This document shows, piece by piece, positions 55,325-64,000 of a stretch of 64,000 bases of DNA. The stretch comes from Bacillota bacterium (GTDB lineage Bacteria > Bacillota > Ch66 > Ch109). The notes below the pieces were generated by a model. The model saw nothing but the letters and a program-made list of their open reading frames with translations. It was not told the DNA's origin and searched no databases. The stretch is from NCBI GenBank assembly GCA_050952625.1, contig JBMNLH010000001.1:256001-320000 (forward strand), given 5' to 3'. The stretch's first letter is position 1. Each line of letters opens with the position of its first letter. The translations under genes and the position numbers were made by a program.

Positions 55325-55332
55325 CTTATAAT
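55304..55332 (+). promoter_or_regulatory. consensus sigma-A promoter of the leuS leader
   Basis: TTGACA-N17-TATAAT. Confidence 0.85.
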
Positions 55333-55351
55333 AAACTCCGTCGACAAGATA

Positions 55352-55680
55352 AAAGCCTTGAACCGGAGTAGTAGACTAGTAGGTTTTCAGCAGAGAGCTG
55401 TTGGTGGGTGAAAAACAGTAAGCCGCTAGCCGAAACTCGCCGGGGAGCTGCGTTGGTGAATGATTAATCAACGACGGATATCCACCGTTATGGGATGTTA
55501 AAGCTGGGTAAAACACATAAAGTGGGGCTGTGGCGCAGAGGGAGCGCGCCTCCTTGGCATGGAGGAGGTCACGGGTTCAAGTCCCGTCAGCTCCACCATT
55601 TACTATTTAGTGTTTTATCAATGAGGGTGGTACCGCGGGAATGACAACCTCTCGTCCCTTTGAGGATGAGAGGTTTTTTT
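55352..55680 (+). ncRNA. T-box riboswitch (Leu, specifier CUC) upstream of leuS
   Basis: GA motif, AGUA box, AGAGA bulge, GGUG loop, specifier gaaaCTCg (55436-55438), F-box CCGTTA, T-box AGGGTGGTACCGCG (55624-55637), terminator 55646-55680. Confidence 0.93.
55524..55598 (+). tRNA. tRNA-Ala(GGC), nested in T-box Stem III
   Basis: Acceptor GGGGCTG/CAGCTCC with G3:U70; anticodon stem cctcc/ggagg with loop ttGGCat; GTTCAAGTCC; encoded ACCA. Confidence 0.95.
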
Positions 55681-55706
55681 GATTTTTCCGGAAGGAGAGA
55701 TGCTCA

Positions 55707-58193
55707 ATGAAGGACCGTTATGTTTTTTCAGAAGTGGAAGCATACTGGCAAAAGAAATGGGCTGACGAGGGTTTTTACCAAGTAACGGAAGATCCCAATA
55801 AGCCAAAGTATTATAACCTGGAAATGTTTCCTTATCCATCGGGCAATCTACATATGGGTCATGTGCGCAACTACGCCATTGGTGATGTAGTAGCCCGATT
55901 TAAGACGATGCAAGGGTACAATGTCTTGCACCCAATGGGCTGGGATGCTTTTGGTCTGCCGGCAGAAAACGCGGCGATCAAAAATCAGACTCATCCCTTT
56001 AAATGGACCGCGTCAAATATCGCTAACATGCGGCGGCAGTTAAAAGAAATGGGAATAAGTTATGACTGGGATCGTGAGATTGCTTCCTGTTACCCGGATT
56101 ATTATCGCTGGACCCAGTGGCTGTTTTTGCGGCTATATGAAAAGGGACTGGCATACCGGAAGGAAGCTGCGGTCAACTGGTGCCCTTCCTGTGCGACGGT
56201 TTTAGCTAATGAGCAAGTTATCGATGGGGCCTGCGAACGCTGTGAGAGCATTGTCGAGAAAAAGAAGCTGGAACAGTGGTTTTTTAAGATTACTGACTAC
56301 GCGGAACGGCTGCTGCGGGATTTAGAGACCCTGCCTGGCTGGCCGGATAAAGTTAAGACTATGCAGACGAACTGGATTGGCCGCAGTGAAGGGGTAGAAT
56401 TTAGTTTTACCGTCGCCAATAGTGACCAGAAAATACCGGTCTTTACTACTCGACACGATACCGTTTTTGGCGTGACATATGTGGTCCTAGCTCCGGAGCA
56501 TCCTTTGGTTGAAGAATTAACCAAGGGGACCGCTTATGAAAAGCCGGTTCAGGAATTCATCAAGCGGATGGCACACATGAACGAGATAACCCGGACCTCC
56601 GCGGAATTAGAAAAAGAGGGGATGCTGATCGGGGCCCAGGCGATCAATCCAATGACAGGCGAAGCGGTCCCGATCTTAATTGCCAACTATGTTTTAATGG
56701 AGTATGGAACGGGTGCCGTTATGGGGGTACCGGCCCATGATGAGCGGGACTTTGAGTTTGCCCGTAAGTATGACCTGCCAATTCGCGTCGTGATTCAACC
56801 GGCTGGTCAGGAATTAAGTGTTGAGACAATGGAGCAGGCTTACACCGGCGAAGGAATTATGGTTAATTCTGGACGTTTCAACGGCCTGCCTAACGAGGAA
56901 GGCAAAAAAGCCATTGCTGATGATATGGAAGCGCGAGGAATCGGCAGCCGGCAGATCAATTACCGGCTGCGGGATTGGCTGATTTCGCGGCAGCGTTATT
57001 GGGGAGCACCGATTCCGATTATTTACTGCGAGCAATGTGGTCCAAAGCCAGTCCCGGATCAGGATCTGCCGGTTATCTTACCGACTGATGTGGAGTTCAA
57101 GGGAGGCGGCGGCAATCCGCTGGTGGAGTCGCCGACCTTTGTCGCGACTGTTTGCCCTGAATGTGGGAGCCCGGCGCGTCGGGAAACTGATACCATGGAT
57201 ACCTTTGTCTGTTCATCCTGGTATTTTATGCGGTTTACCAGTCCCCATTCTGATCAAGCACCCTTTGCTTCAGAGCATGTAGATTACTGGATGAATGTGG
57301 ATCAGTACATCGGGGGAGTAGAACACGCCATTTTACACTTGATGTACGCTCGGTTTTTCACTAAAGTTCTGTATGATTTTGGCTTGGTGAAAGTACAGGA
57401 ACCATTTCAAAATCTCCTGACGCAAGGTATGGTGCTTAAGGATGGAGCAAAAATGTCCAAATCTAAAGGCAATGTGGTTAGTCCAGAGGAGATTATCAGC
57501 ACCTATGGGGCAGATACGGCTCGGTTGTTTATCTTGTTTGCTTCACCGCCGGAGAAAGACTTGGAGTGGAGCGATCAGGGGGTTGAAGGCAGTTATCGTT
57601 TTCTTAACCGGGTCTGGCGTCTGGTTGCCGGTTATGCGGATCAAGTGACCGGGATCGTAGTGCCGAAGCCATTCCCAGCCGTGAGTGGGGCGGAACGGGA
57701 ACTAAGACGCTGGACCCACTACGCCCTGCGTAAGGTCACCCAAGATATTGAAACCCGATTTAACTTTAATACCGCCATCAGTGCCATCATGGAACTGGTC
57801 AACGCTCTCTACCATTACCAGGCCCGGGTTGCTCCAGAGCAACAAGACCTGCAAGTGGTGAAAGAGGGCTTGGAATCTTTAATTTTGCTGCTGGCTCCCT
57901 TTACACCGCACATTGCTGAGGAACTGTGGAGTGCGATCGGACATCCGGACAGCGTTCACCTTCAGTCGTGGCCAATCTATGATGAAGCAGCCCTGGTGGA
58001 GGATGAAGTAACGGTGGTCATCCAGGTGAACGGCCGGGTGCGGGAAAAAGTCCAGGTGCCAGCCGGTTTGACGAGCCAAGCCTTGCAAGAGCAGGTGCTG
58101 GCAATGGAACGGGTTAAAAAACTATACCAGGACAAACAGCTTATCAAAGTAGTAGCTATTCCAGATAAACTGGTTAGCCTAGTGATTAAATGA
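55707..58193 (+). CDS. leuS: leucine--tRNA ligase
   Basis: MFPYPSG.LHMGH, KMSKS. Confidence 0.98.
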   Translation: MKDRYVFSEVEAYWQKKWADEGFYQVTEDPNKPKYYNLEMFPYPSGNLHMGHVRNYAIGDVVARFKTMQGYNVLHPMGWDAFGLPAENAAIKNQTHPFKWTASNIANMRRQLKEMGISYDWDREIASCYPDYYRWTQWLFLRLYEKGLAYRKEAAVNWCPSCATVLANEQVIDGACERCESIVEKKKLEQWFFKITDYAERLLRDLETLPGWPDKVKTMQTNWIGRSEGVEFSFTVANSDQKIPVFTTRHDTVFGVTYVVLAPEHPLVEELTKGTAYEKPVQEFIKRMAHMNEITRTSAELEKEGMLIGAQAINPMTGEAVPILIANYVLMEYGTGAVMGVPAHDERDFEFARKYDLPIRVVIQPAGQELSVETMEQAYTGEGIMVNSGRFNGLPNEEGKKAIADDMEARGIGSRQINYRLRDWLISRQRYWGAPIPIIYCEQCGPKPVPDQDLPVILPTDVEFKGGGGNPLVESPTFVATVCPECGSPARRETDTMDTFVCSSWYFMRFTSPHSDQAPFASEHVDYWMNVDQYIGGVEHAILHLMYARFFTKVLYDFGLVKVQEPFQNLLTQGMVLKDGAKMSKSKGNVVSPEEIISTYGADTARLFILFASPPEKDLEWSDQGVEGSYRFLNRVWRLVAGYADQVTGIVVPKPFPAVSGAERELRRWTHYALRKVTQDIETRFNFNTAISAIMELVNALYHYQARVAPEQQDLQVVKEGLESLILLLAPFTPHIAEELWSAIGHPDSVHLQSWPIYDEAALVEDEVTVVIQVNGRVREKVQVPAGLTSQALQEQVLAMERVKKLYQDKQLIKVVAIPDKLVSLVIK

Positions 58194-58232
58194 GTCAACT
58201 AAATGGGTTATCCATATTTAACATCAGACGGA

Positions 58233-58296
58233 AAGAAGTCTCCCGCCTTTAAGCTGCCTTGCTCGCAAAGCGAGAGCGAAGGCGGGAGATGAATGG
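58233..58296. mobile_element. IS200/IS605-type end hairpin remnant (no transposase)
   Basis: gaagtctcccgcctttaagc...gaaggcgggagatgaat subterminal-type palindrome. Confidence 0.4.
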
Positions 58297-58586
58297 TCGT
58301 TTGTTTCATAATTTCATTTGTTGTACTATACTATTATGATGTATTATGATGATACAATCAGGCTATTGATCCTGATAAACATTTTAGCCAACCAGCCTGT
58401 CCTGTTTCGAGGACAGGTTTTTGTTGTCTAGGATTCAAGTGGGAGTCTTGTTATTCGATGAATCAATTAGCTAAATTTTGGAACAATTATTTATGGGATA
58501 CCGACGACTTGCTTTTACCCATTTAGCATGCTAAGATATTACCAATTTTGGGAGTAGGATTATCAGTAAGGCAGGAGGTCTTATGG

Positions 58587-59225
58587 ATGAGGCATTCACC
58601 AGAGGTAGCCCGTTACGAACAAATAGCCCTGGACATAGCGGGTCGAATTGTTCGAAAAGAATATAAGGAAGGCGACAAACTGTTTGGACGGTCTACCCTG
58701 GCGGGTAAATACAATGTCTCGCCAGAAACGGTCCGACGGGCAGTGGCCTTATTGCAGACAACCGGGATAGTGGATCCGCAACCCGGGCGAGGAATAATTA
58801 TTTGTTCCCGTCAGGCAGCAGAAGTCTTCCTGCGGGAATTTGAGAGCCGCCGGGTATTAGAAGACCTACAGGAACGGATTTCTAATTTGCTGGTCGAAAG
58901 AAGAAAGTTGGATCAAATTCTGGAGGAAGAACTTAACCAACTGGTTAACTTTACTTTTAAGAGCAATTCCAGGCTCCAGCAGATTGAAGAAATCGAGGTG
59001 CCCGATGACTCGGAACTAGTGGGGAAAAGCTTGGAATCTCTTCGCTTTCGAACGATTACTGGGGCCACGGTTTTGGCTTTAGAAAGAGGCGGGGAAGAAA
59101 TTTTTTCACCCGACAGCGGAATACCCATTGAGGCTGGGGACCTTTTGGTTTTCGTAGGAACTCCAGAAGCTAAGGAAAGGGTCCGTAAGTTGTTTGGGGA
59201 AAAATCGACAAAAAAGGACGTTTAA
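58587..59225 (+). CDS. GntR wHTH + TrkA_C (RCK_C) transcriptional regulator, BusR-like
   Basis: 'YEQIALDIA.RI', 'GRSTLAGKYNVSPETVRRA'; C-terminal 'TGATVLA..R......SP.....GD.L.FVG'. Confidence 0.88.
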   Translation: MRHSPEVARYEQIALDIAGRIVRKEYKEGDKLFGRSTLAGKYNVSPETVRRAVALLQTTGIVDPQPGRGIIICSRQAAEVFLREFESRRVLEDLQERISNLLVERRKLDQILEEELNQLVNFTFKSNSRLQQIEEIEVPDDSELVGKSLESLRFRTITGATVLALERGGEEIFSPDSGIPIEAGDLLVFVGTPEAKERVRKLFGEKSTKKDV

Positions 59226-59437
59226 TTAGGCCTTAGATGCAGGAATTTTGATGTGTTATGTAGAATCTAAACTATGTAGAACAATTGGTTAAAATCAATC
59301 TTATGTAGATTTAATCTTAGATTTAAATCTTATGTATTTTTAATGGAGCATATCCTTTTAATATTTCTTTTAATATTCAGTATTAGAATTTATAATTGAG
59401 GTTAACCAGGAATTAACCGAATTTCAATTGCATAAAG

Positions 59438-59532
59438 TGCTCCGAGCCGGACTGCCCTAAGGTATGAACTATGGCTGTCGGCCGATAGGGTGCATCGGGA
59501 AACGGATGTGCCTCCCTTTTTGGAAAGGAGCC
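59438..59532 (+). ncRNA. Moco RNA motif riboswitch, Tuco-like (P3-less) variant
   Basis: CTCCGAGC...CCTAAGG...TATGG...AGGG..GAAA..CCTCCC...GGAAAGGAG upstream of a tungstate ABC transporter. Confidence 0.85.
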
Positions 59533-59903
59533 GGTGCTTCATCAAGTCAGAGAAGCCCATCTTTCGGTAAACGTCAATAACTGAAAGCAGGCAGATAATT
59601 CAGTTTGTGTTTTGGTGCAGCACTTTTAACAATTCTCGGCAGTTTAGATGTGGGCTGTAATTGGTAACTTTCCAAAAACGGTCCATTTTATTTTGTCCAA
59701 TTTAAATGGATTTAGTTAGAACGGGGATCGGCCCAGCTTTAATCAGATTGGAGGTGGATAACAAACTTGTAGGCTTGTTAGCCACTTATTACTCAACCCT
59801 TGAGCTAGGGAAGTGTACTATATCAATAGGATAAATTAAAGCGGGTAACTAAGTAATATTTAAAATAATTTTTATGTAGACCAAAATTGTCTAACTAAGG
59901 AGA

Positions 59904-60818
59904 GTGAACTCTTTGTTCAAAAAGCAACGTTTTGTCGGGCTTTTAGTCTTGGTTTTAATTTTAGGGCTAATCGCCGGCTGTTCGGGGAGTAATCCAGCAC
60001 CGGCCCCCGATAATACACCCCCACCAGTATCAGAGAAAAAAGACGTTATCTTAGCGTCCACTACCAGCACCCTTGATACCGGCTTGCTTGACGTCTTAAA
60101 GCCAAAGTTTGAAGAGCAGACGGGTTATATTTTGAAACCGATCGGGGTTGGATCTGGCGCAGCCTTGAAGATGGGCGAAAATGGAGAGGCGGATGCCTTG
60201 CTAGTCCATGCCCCGAAGGATGAAGAAAAACTGGTCGAACAAGGGGTTGTGAACAATCGGCAGTTAGTCATGCACAATGATTTCATTTTTGTTGGCCCGG
60301 AAAAGGATCCTGCCGGGATCAAAGGGAATAAATCCGCAGTCGATGCGCTGAAGAAGATTGCCGAAAGCAAGAGCCTCTTTGTCTCGCGGGGAGATGAGTC
60401 CGGCACCCACAAAATGGAGAAAAATCTGTGGACTGAAGCTGGCATCCAGCCAAGCGGCTCCTGGTACCAACAGGCTGCCACTGGTATGGCGGCAACCTTG
60501 AAAATTGCCTCGGAAAAACAAGGCTACACCCTGACCGACCGGGGAACCTATTTGGCACAAAAAGGCAACCTCAGTCTAGTGCCAATGGTCGAAGGAGACA
60601 AGGTATTACTTAACATTTACCACGTGATGCAGGTCAACCCAGACAAGTTTTCCGATGAGATAAAAGCCAGGATGAATCCAGCGGGGGCGAAGGCTTTTGT
60701 CGAATTTATGGTTTCACCGGATGTGCAAAAGATCATTGAGACTTATGGCGTCGATAAATACGGCGAACCACTGTTCTTCCCGGATGCCGGCAAAAACGAA
60801 GCTGATTTGGGGAAGTAG
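59904..60818 (+). CDS. tupA: tungstate ABC transporter substrate-binding lipoprotein
   Basis: Lipobox IAGC, TTSTLDTGLL, SRGDESGTH..E; start may be TTG 59913. Confidence 0.92.
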   Translation: MNSLFKKQRFVGLLVLVLILGLIAGCSGSNPAPAPDNTPPPVSEKKDVILASTTSTLDTGLLDVLKPKFEEQTGYILKPIGVGSGAALKMGENGEADALLVHAPKDEEKLVEQGVVNNRQLVMHNDFIFVGPEKDPAGIKGNKSAVDALKKIAESKSLFVSRGDESGTHKMEKNLWTEAGIQPSGSWYQQAATGMAATLKIASEKQGYTLTDRGTYLAQKGNLSLVPMVEGDKVLLNIYHVMQVNPDKFSDEIKARMNPAGAKAFVEFMVSPDVQKIIETYGVDKYGEPLFFPDAGKNEADLGK

Positions 60819-60903
60819 TTTGGCAAATTGGGATAGCTTTTAACTTGAAGGACTATTCATTTGATGTTGTTTACTTAAATTAGACCTGGAGGTTGGAGCC
60901 GGC

Positions 60904-61599
60904 TTGGAGATGATTTACGAGGGTCTGGTTAAGGCCATTGAACTGATGCTCATGCTAGACCCTCAAGTGTTAGAGATTTCCTGGTTAACCTTAAAAGTTT
61001 CTGGAACTGCTACTTTTGTGAGTGTGCTATTAGGAGTCCCCTTGGGAACTTACTTGGCTTTGGCTGATTTTCCTGGTCGCCGGGTTATCGTGAGCATCGT
61101 TAATTTTGGTATGGGTTTGCCGCCAGTGGTAGTTGGCTTATGGGTAAGCATTTTTCTCTGGCGGAGCGGTCCCTTCGGGTCTTTGGGGATAATCTATACC
61201 CCGGCCGCGATGATTATCGCGCAGGCTATCATTGCGGCCCCAGTGGTGACCAGTTTTACTTTAGCCACAATGCAGCAGACTAGTTATAAACTGCGGCTGC
61301 AAATCTTAGCCCTTGGGGCAAATCGGTTTCAATTGCTCTGGTACCTGTTACGTGAAGCTCGCCTTGGGTTGCTTTCCGCGATTATCGCCGGGTTTGGGGC
61401 CGTTGTCTCTGAGGTAGGGGCATCGATGATGGTCGGCGGTAACATTTTAGGCGAGACCAGAGTTTTGACCACGGCAACTGTGATGGAGGTTAATAAGGGC
61501 AATTTTGAACTGGCGATAGCTTTAAGTCTCGTTCTGCTAGGTCTAGCCTACGGTGTAACCCTAATACTGACATTGATCCAGCAGAGGAGAACAGCATGA
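60904..61599 (+). CDS. tupB: tungstate ABC transporter permease
   Basis: MGLPPVVVGL, SEVGA.MMVGGNI...TRVLTTA. Confidence 0.92.
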   Translation: MEMIYEGLVKAIELMLMLDPQVLEISWLTLKVSGTATFVSVLLGVPLGTYLALADFPGRRVIVSIVNFGMGLPPVVVGLWVSIFLWRSGPFGSLGIIYTPAAMIIAQAIIAAPVVTSFTLATMQQTSYKLRLQILALGANRFQLLWYLLREARLGLLSAIIAGFGAVVSEVGASMMVGGNILGETRVLTTATVMEVNKGNFELAIALSLVLLGLAYGVTLILTLIQQRRTA

Positions 61600-62297
61600 T
61601 TGAAAAGATTCTCAAGGGGTATAATTTGCAGATAATTCTGCCAAAACAAAAGAAAACGATTTTAAATATTCCCGAGTTTCATTTGGATTCTGGCGAAATT
61701 CTAGCTTTAGTTGGCCCGAATGGGGCCGGCAAGAGCACTTTGATTAAGGTGCTGGCTTTGCTTAGTTTTCCTTCACCCGAAGGGTATATCGAGTTTCGAG
61801 GGGAAAGAGTCACCAAGCATCAGGTGCTGAGCCTGAGACGCCGGATGGCGGTGGTATTTCAAGAGCCGTTACTGTTGGATACAACTGTCTTTGAGAATGT
61901 GGCGGTCGGTTTAAAGATTCGCGGGGTTTCGGCCCAGTCAATCAAACCGCGGGTTAATGAATGGCTGGAACGGCTAGGGATAGCCCATTTAGCCCGCCGT
62001 TCTTCCCGCTATCTCTCCGGCGGCGAGGCCCAAAGAGTCAGTTTGGCACGAGCCTTTGTCTTGGAGCCTGAGGTTTTGTTTTTAGACGAACCTTTTTCTT
62101 CATTAGATACACCGACTCGAGTTTTGCTGATTAAGGAGCTAAAAGAGTTGCTCCTTGCCACTAAAGTCTCGACAGTAATGGTAAGTCATAATTACGCGGA
62201 GGTACAATCCCTGGCCGATCGGGTTCTGGTAATGCAGGATGGCCAGGTAATTAATCAGGGGAAACCGGATAGCATTTTTACGCAGCCCCTCTTTTAA
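61596..62297 (+). CDS. tupC: tungstate ABC transporter ATP-binding protein
   Basis: GPNGAGKST, LSGGE, LDEP. Confidence 0.88.
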   Translation: MIEKILKGYNLQIILPKQKKTILNIPEFHLDSGEILALVGPNGAGKSTLIKVLALLSFPSPEGYIEFRGERVTKHQVLSLRRRMAVVFQEPLLLDTTVFENVAVGLKIRGVSAQSIKPRVNEWLERLGIAHLARRSSRYLSGGEAQRVSLARAFVLEPEVLFLDEPFSSLDTPTRVLLIKELKELLLATKVSTVMVSHNYAEVQSLADRVLVMQDGQVINQGKPDSIFTQPLF

Positions 62298-62492
62298 AAC
62301 CAAATCCCAACCCTTTTCTTCCCCCTGTTATGGGGGTTTTTTATTTCCGTAGCCTATTCACTAGGTTAATAAAACAACTGAACACTACTTTAAAGTAGTT
62401 ATATATTGTTATAAATAAGTTATTTTTTTCAACTCATTTTGGAGGATTTTGTAATCTCTCGTCGTATTTAAGTTTATCAGGGATGAGTAAAC

Positions 62493-62587
62493 CTACTAAC
62501 CGCTCATGCCCTCCAGGCGTACCCACTAATGAAAACGGACAGCTTTTTGTCGGGGGTTGTGTCCTTGGGGCATGGGTGGTTAGTAGT
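62493..62587. repeat. complete copy of palindromic repeat family B
   Basis: ctactaaccgctcatgccc ... gggcatgggtggttagtag inverted arms; half copies elsewhere in the window. Confidence 0.7.
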
Positions 62588-62646
62588 AAATTAAAGGTAA
62601 TCGGGACATAAAGGTGACTAAGTGTAGTTGAAATGGGAGCGAAAGC

Positions 62647-63360
62647 ATGTTTTCGATTGAACGCCGTTATCAGGTTCTAATTCTGCTTCTTTTGGCCGGG
62701 CTTTTATTCGGGGGTGGGGTTAAGTACGCCCAACACTTCCTAAATCCGTCTGGGACAGTCGTAATTGAGGCTAACGGATTGACCGGCAACCAAGCAATGC
62801 AGACTAGTTCATCTAGCAGCGATTCGGTTTCTGCCGGTAAATCGGTCACTACGGGGGATCCAGAATTGGTACCCTCCTTAATTTATGTTCATGTAGTGGG
62901 GGCAGTGGAGAAACCTGGTTACTATCAATTGCTTGCCGGGGCTAGAGTTTTTGAGGCTGTAGAAAAAGCGATTCCTCTGCCTGAGGCAGATCTTCAGGCG
63001 ATTAATTTAGCGCAGATTTTATCGGACGAGCAACAGGTCTATGTTCCGAAAGCAGGCGAGTTTGCTGCGGGAGTGCCGGTTGGAGTAAGCGGTGGAACAG
63101 GAGTAAGCAGTGCTACAGCCCTAAATGCGTCAAGCAGTTTCGGGACTGCCGGGGGTTCAGCCGGCAAAGTTAATCTAAATACTGCTTCGGTTCAAGAGCT
63201 GGATGCTCAATTACCCGGGATTGGTCCAACCCTGGCCCAGCGTATTGTGGATTATCGGCAGCAACATGGCGGGTTTCGCAGCATCGAAGATATAAAAAAC
63301 GTCAGCGGCATTGGCGAAAAACGGTACGCCGAGCTTAAGGATCGGCTAACGGTTCATTAA
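62647..63360 (+). CDS. comEA: competence protein ComEA
   Basis: TM helix, SLBB (VHVVGAVEKPG), HhH (VNLNTAS...LPGIGP..A.RI). Confidence 0.93.
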   Translation: MFSIERRYQVLILLLLAGLLFGGGVKYAQHFLNPSGTVVIEANGLTGNQAMQTSSSSSDSVSAGKSVTTGDPELVPSLIYVHVVGAVEKPGYYQLLAGARVFEAVEKAIPLPEADLQAINLAQILSDEQQVYVPKAGEFAAGVPVGVSGGTGVSSATALNASSSFGTAGGSAGKVNLNTASVQELDAQLPGIGPTLAQRIVDYRQQHGGFRSIEDIKNVSGIGEKRYAELKDRLTVH

Positions 63361-63465
63361 GACGAGTGCTCCTTTGGTCACCTGAACATTGAGGCTTCAG
63401 ATGGAGAATTTACTTGACCCGAGGTTTAGACAAGGTAACCCCGCTTATAGAAGTGGGGGTCTTTT
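63358..63465 (+). repeat. family C repeat copy
   Basis: gtttagacaaggtaaccccgcttatagaagtgggggtctttt matches the 12066-12110 reverse complement. Confidence 0.6.
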
Positions 63466-63598
63466 ATTCAGATAAAACCTGAGCCCTCCATAAGGAGCGG
63501 TATGGGAAAGAAAAAACTTTTATAATTATTTCATTAAATGAATCTAATTAAGGCCTATAGAATATCGTTCAAACTGTTTTAAAAAATTTGTTGAGGCG

Positions 63599-64000
63599 AT
63601 GCACGTGGCCAACCCTATGGTACTGATTACTTTCGCCTTTATCCTGGGCATTATTCTCGGCCAGTATTTGAACGGACCGCCTTGGGCTTTCGGTATCCCG
63701 GCCTTAATCGCCGGCGTAATCACACTTGTGAAAATTAAGCAAAGATCTAAATTCTCAACCGAAGTCCTATTACTGTTCGCAGTTAGCTTAGGGGCTTTTT
63801 GGCTGAGTTTAGCCCAGGGACCTGGCTCTCAATTAGCCCAGCAGACTGGGACCTACTTGGATTTGACTGGTCGGGTGGCTGAGGAGGGGCGGGTCTATGA
63901 AAATCGGGAAACCTATCTGCTGCAGGTCCAAGAATTGCTTTTGCCGGAGGGTAATCAGGTAGCGTTAAGCGAGCCGGTTTTATTGACCATTTATCTTGAT
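63599..64000 (+). CDS. comEC: ComEC/Rec2 DNA-uptake channel, N-terminal part (runs off the window)
   Basis: Open frame to the window end with hydrophobic 'P......FILGI' start; follows comEA. Confidence 0.7.
   Translation, partial: MHVANPMVLITFAFILGIILGQYLNGPPWAFGIPALIAGVITLVKIKQRSKFSTEVLLLFAVSLGAFWLSLAQGPGSQLAQQTGTYLDLTGRVAEEGRVYENRETYLLQVQELLLPEGNQVALSEPVLLTIYLD

Overview
64-kb chromosomal segment from a spore-forming, flagellated Clostridia-class Firmicute (Peptococcaceae/Thermoanaerobacterales-like by gene order; inference). Almost all genes are on the + strand. 1-13.5 kb is an accessory and flagellar region: GNAT, SatP-type acetate channel, SigD-type promoters, FliK-like, FlhB-related, fliS, a twice-frameshifted flagellin and yaaR. 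The rest is conserved housekeeping synteny: tRNA-Leu/tRNA-Gly, tig-clpP-clpX-lonB-lon-engB, valS-folC, DUF47-pit, rex, maf-radC-mreBCD-mrdA-minCDE-rodA, SpoIVFA-like, radical SAM pair, rng, rplU-prp-rpmA-spo0B-obg-proB-nadD-yqeK-rsfS-leuS, a BusR-like regulator, Moco/Tuco riboswitch-tupABC and comEA-comEC. The most striking observation is a complete tRNA-Ala(GGC) gene nested in the loop of Stem III of an otherwise canonical Leu(CUC) T-box riboswitch in the leuS leader. Also notable: a degenerate, Stem-I-less T-box before valS; at least four families of interspersed palindromic/MITE-like repeats; and three +1 homopolymer indels (flagellin x2, rng) that are probably sequencing errors.
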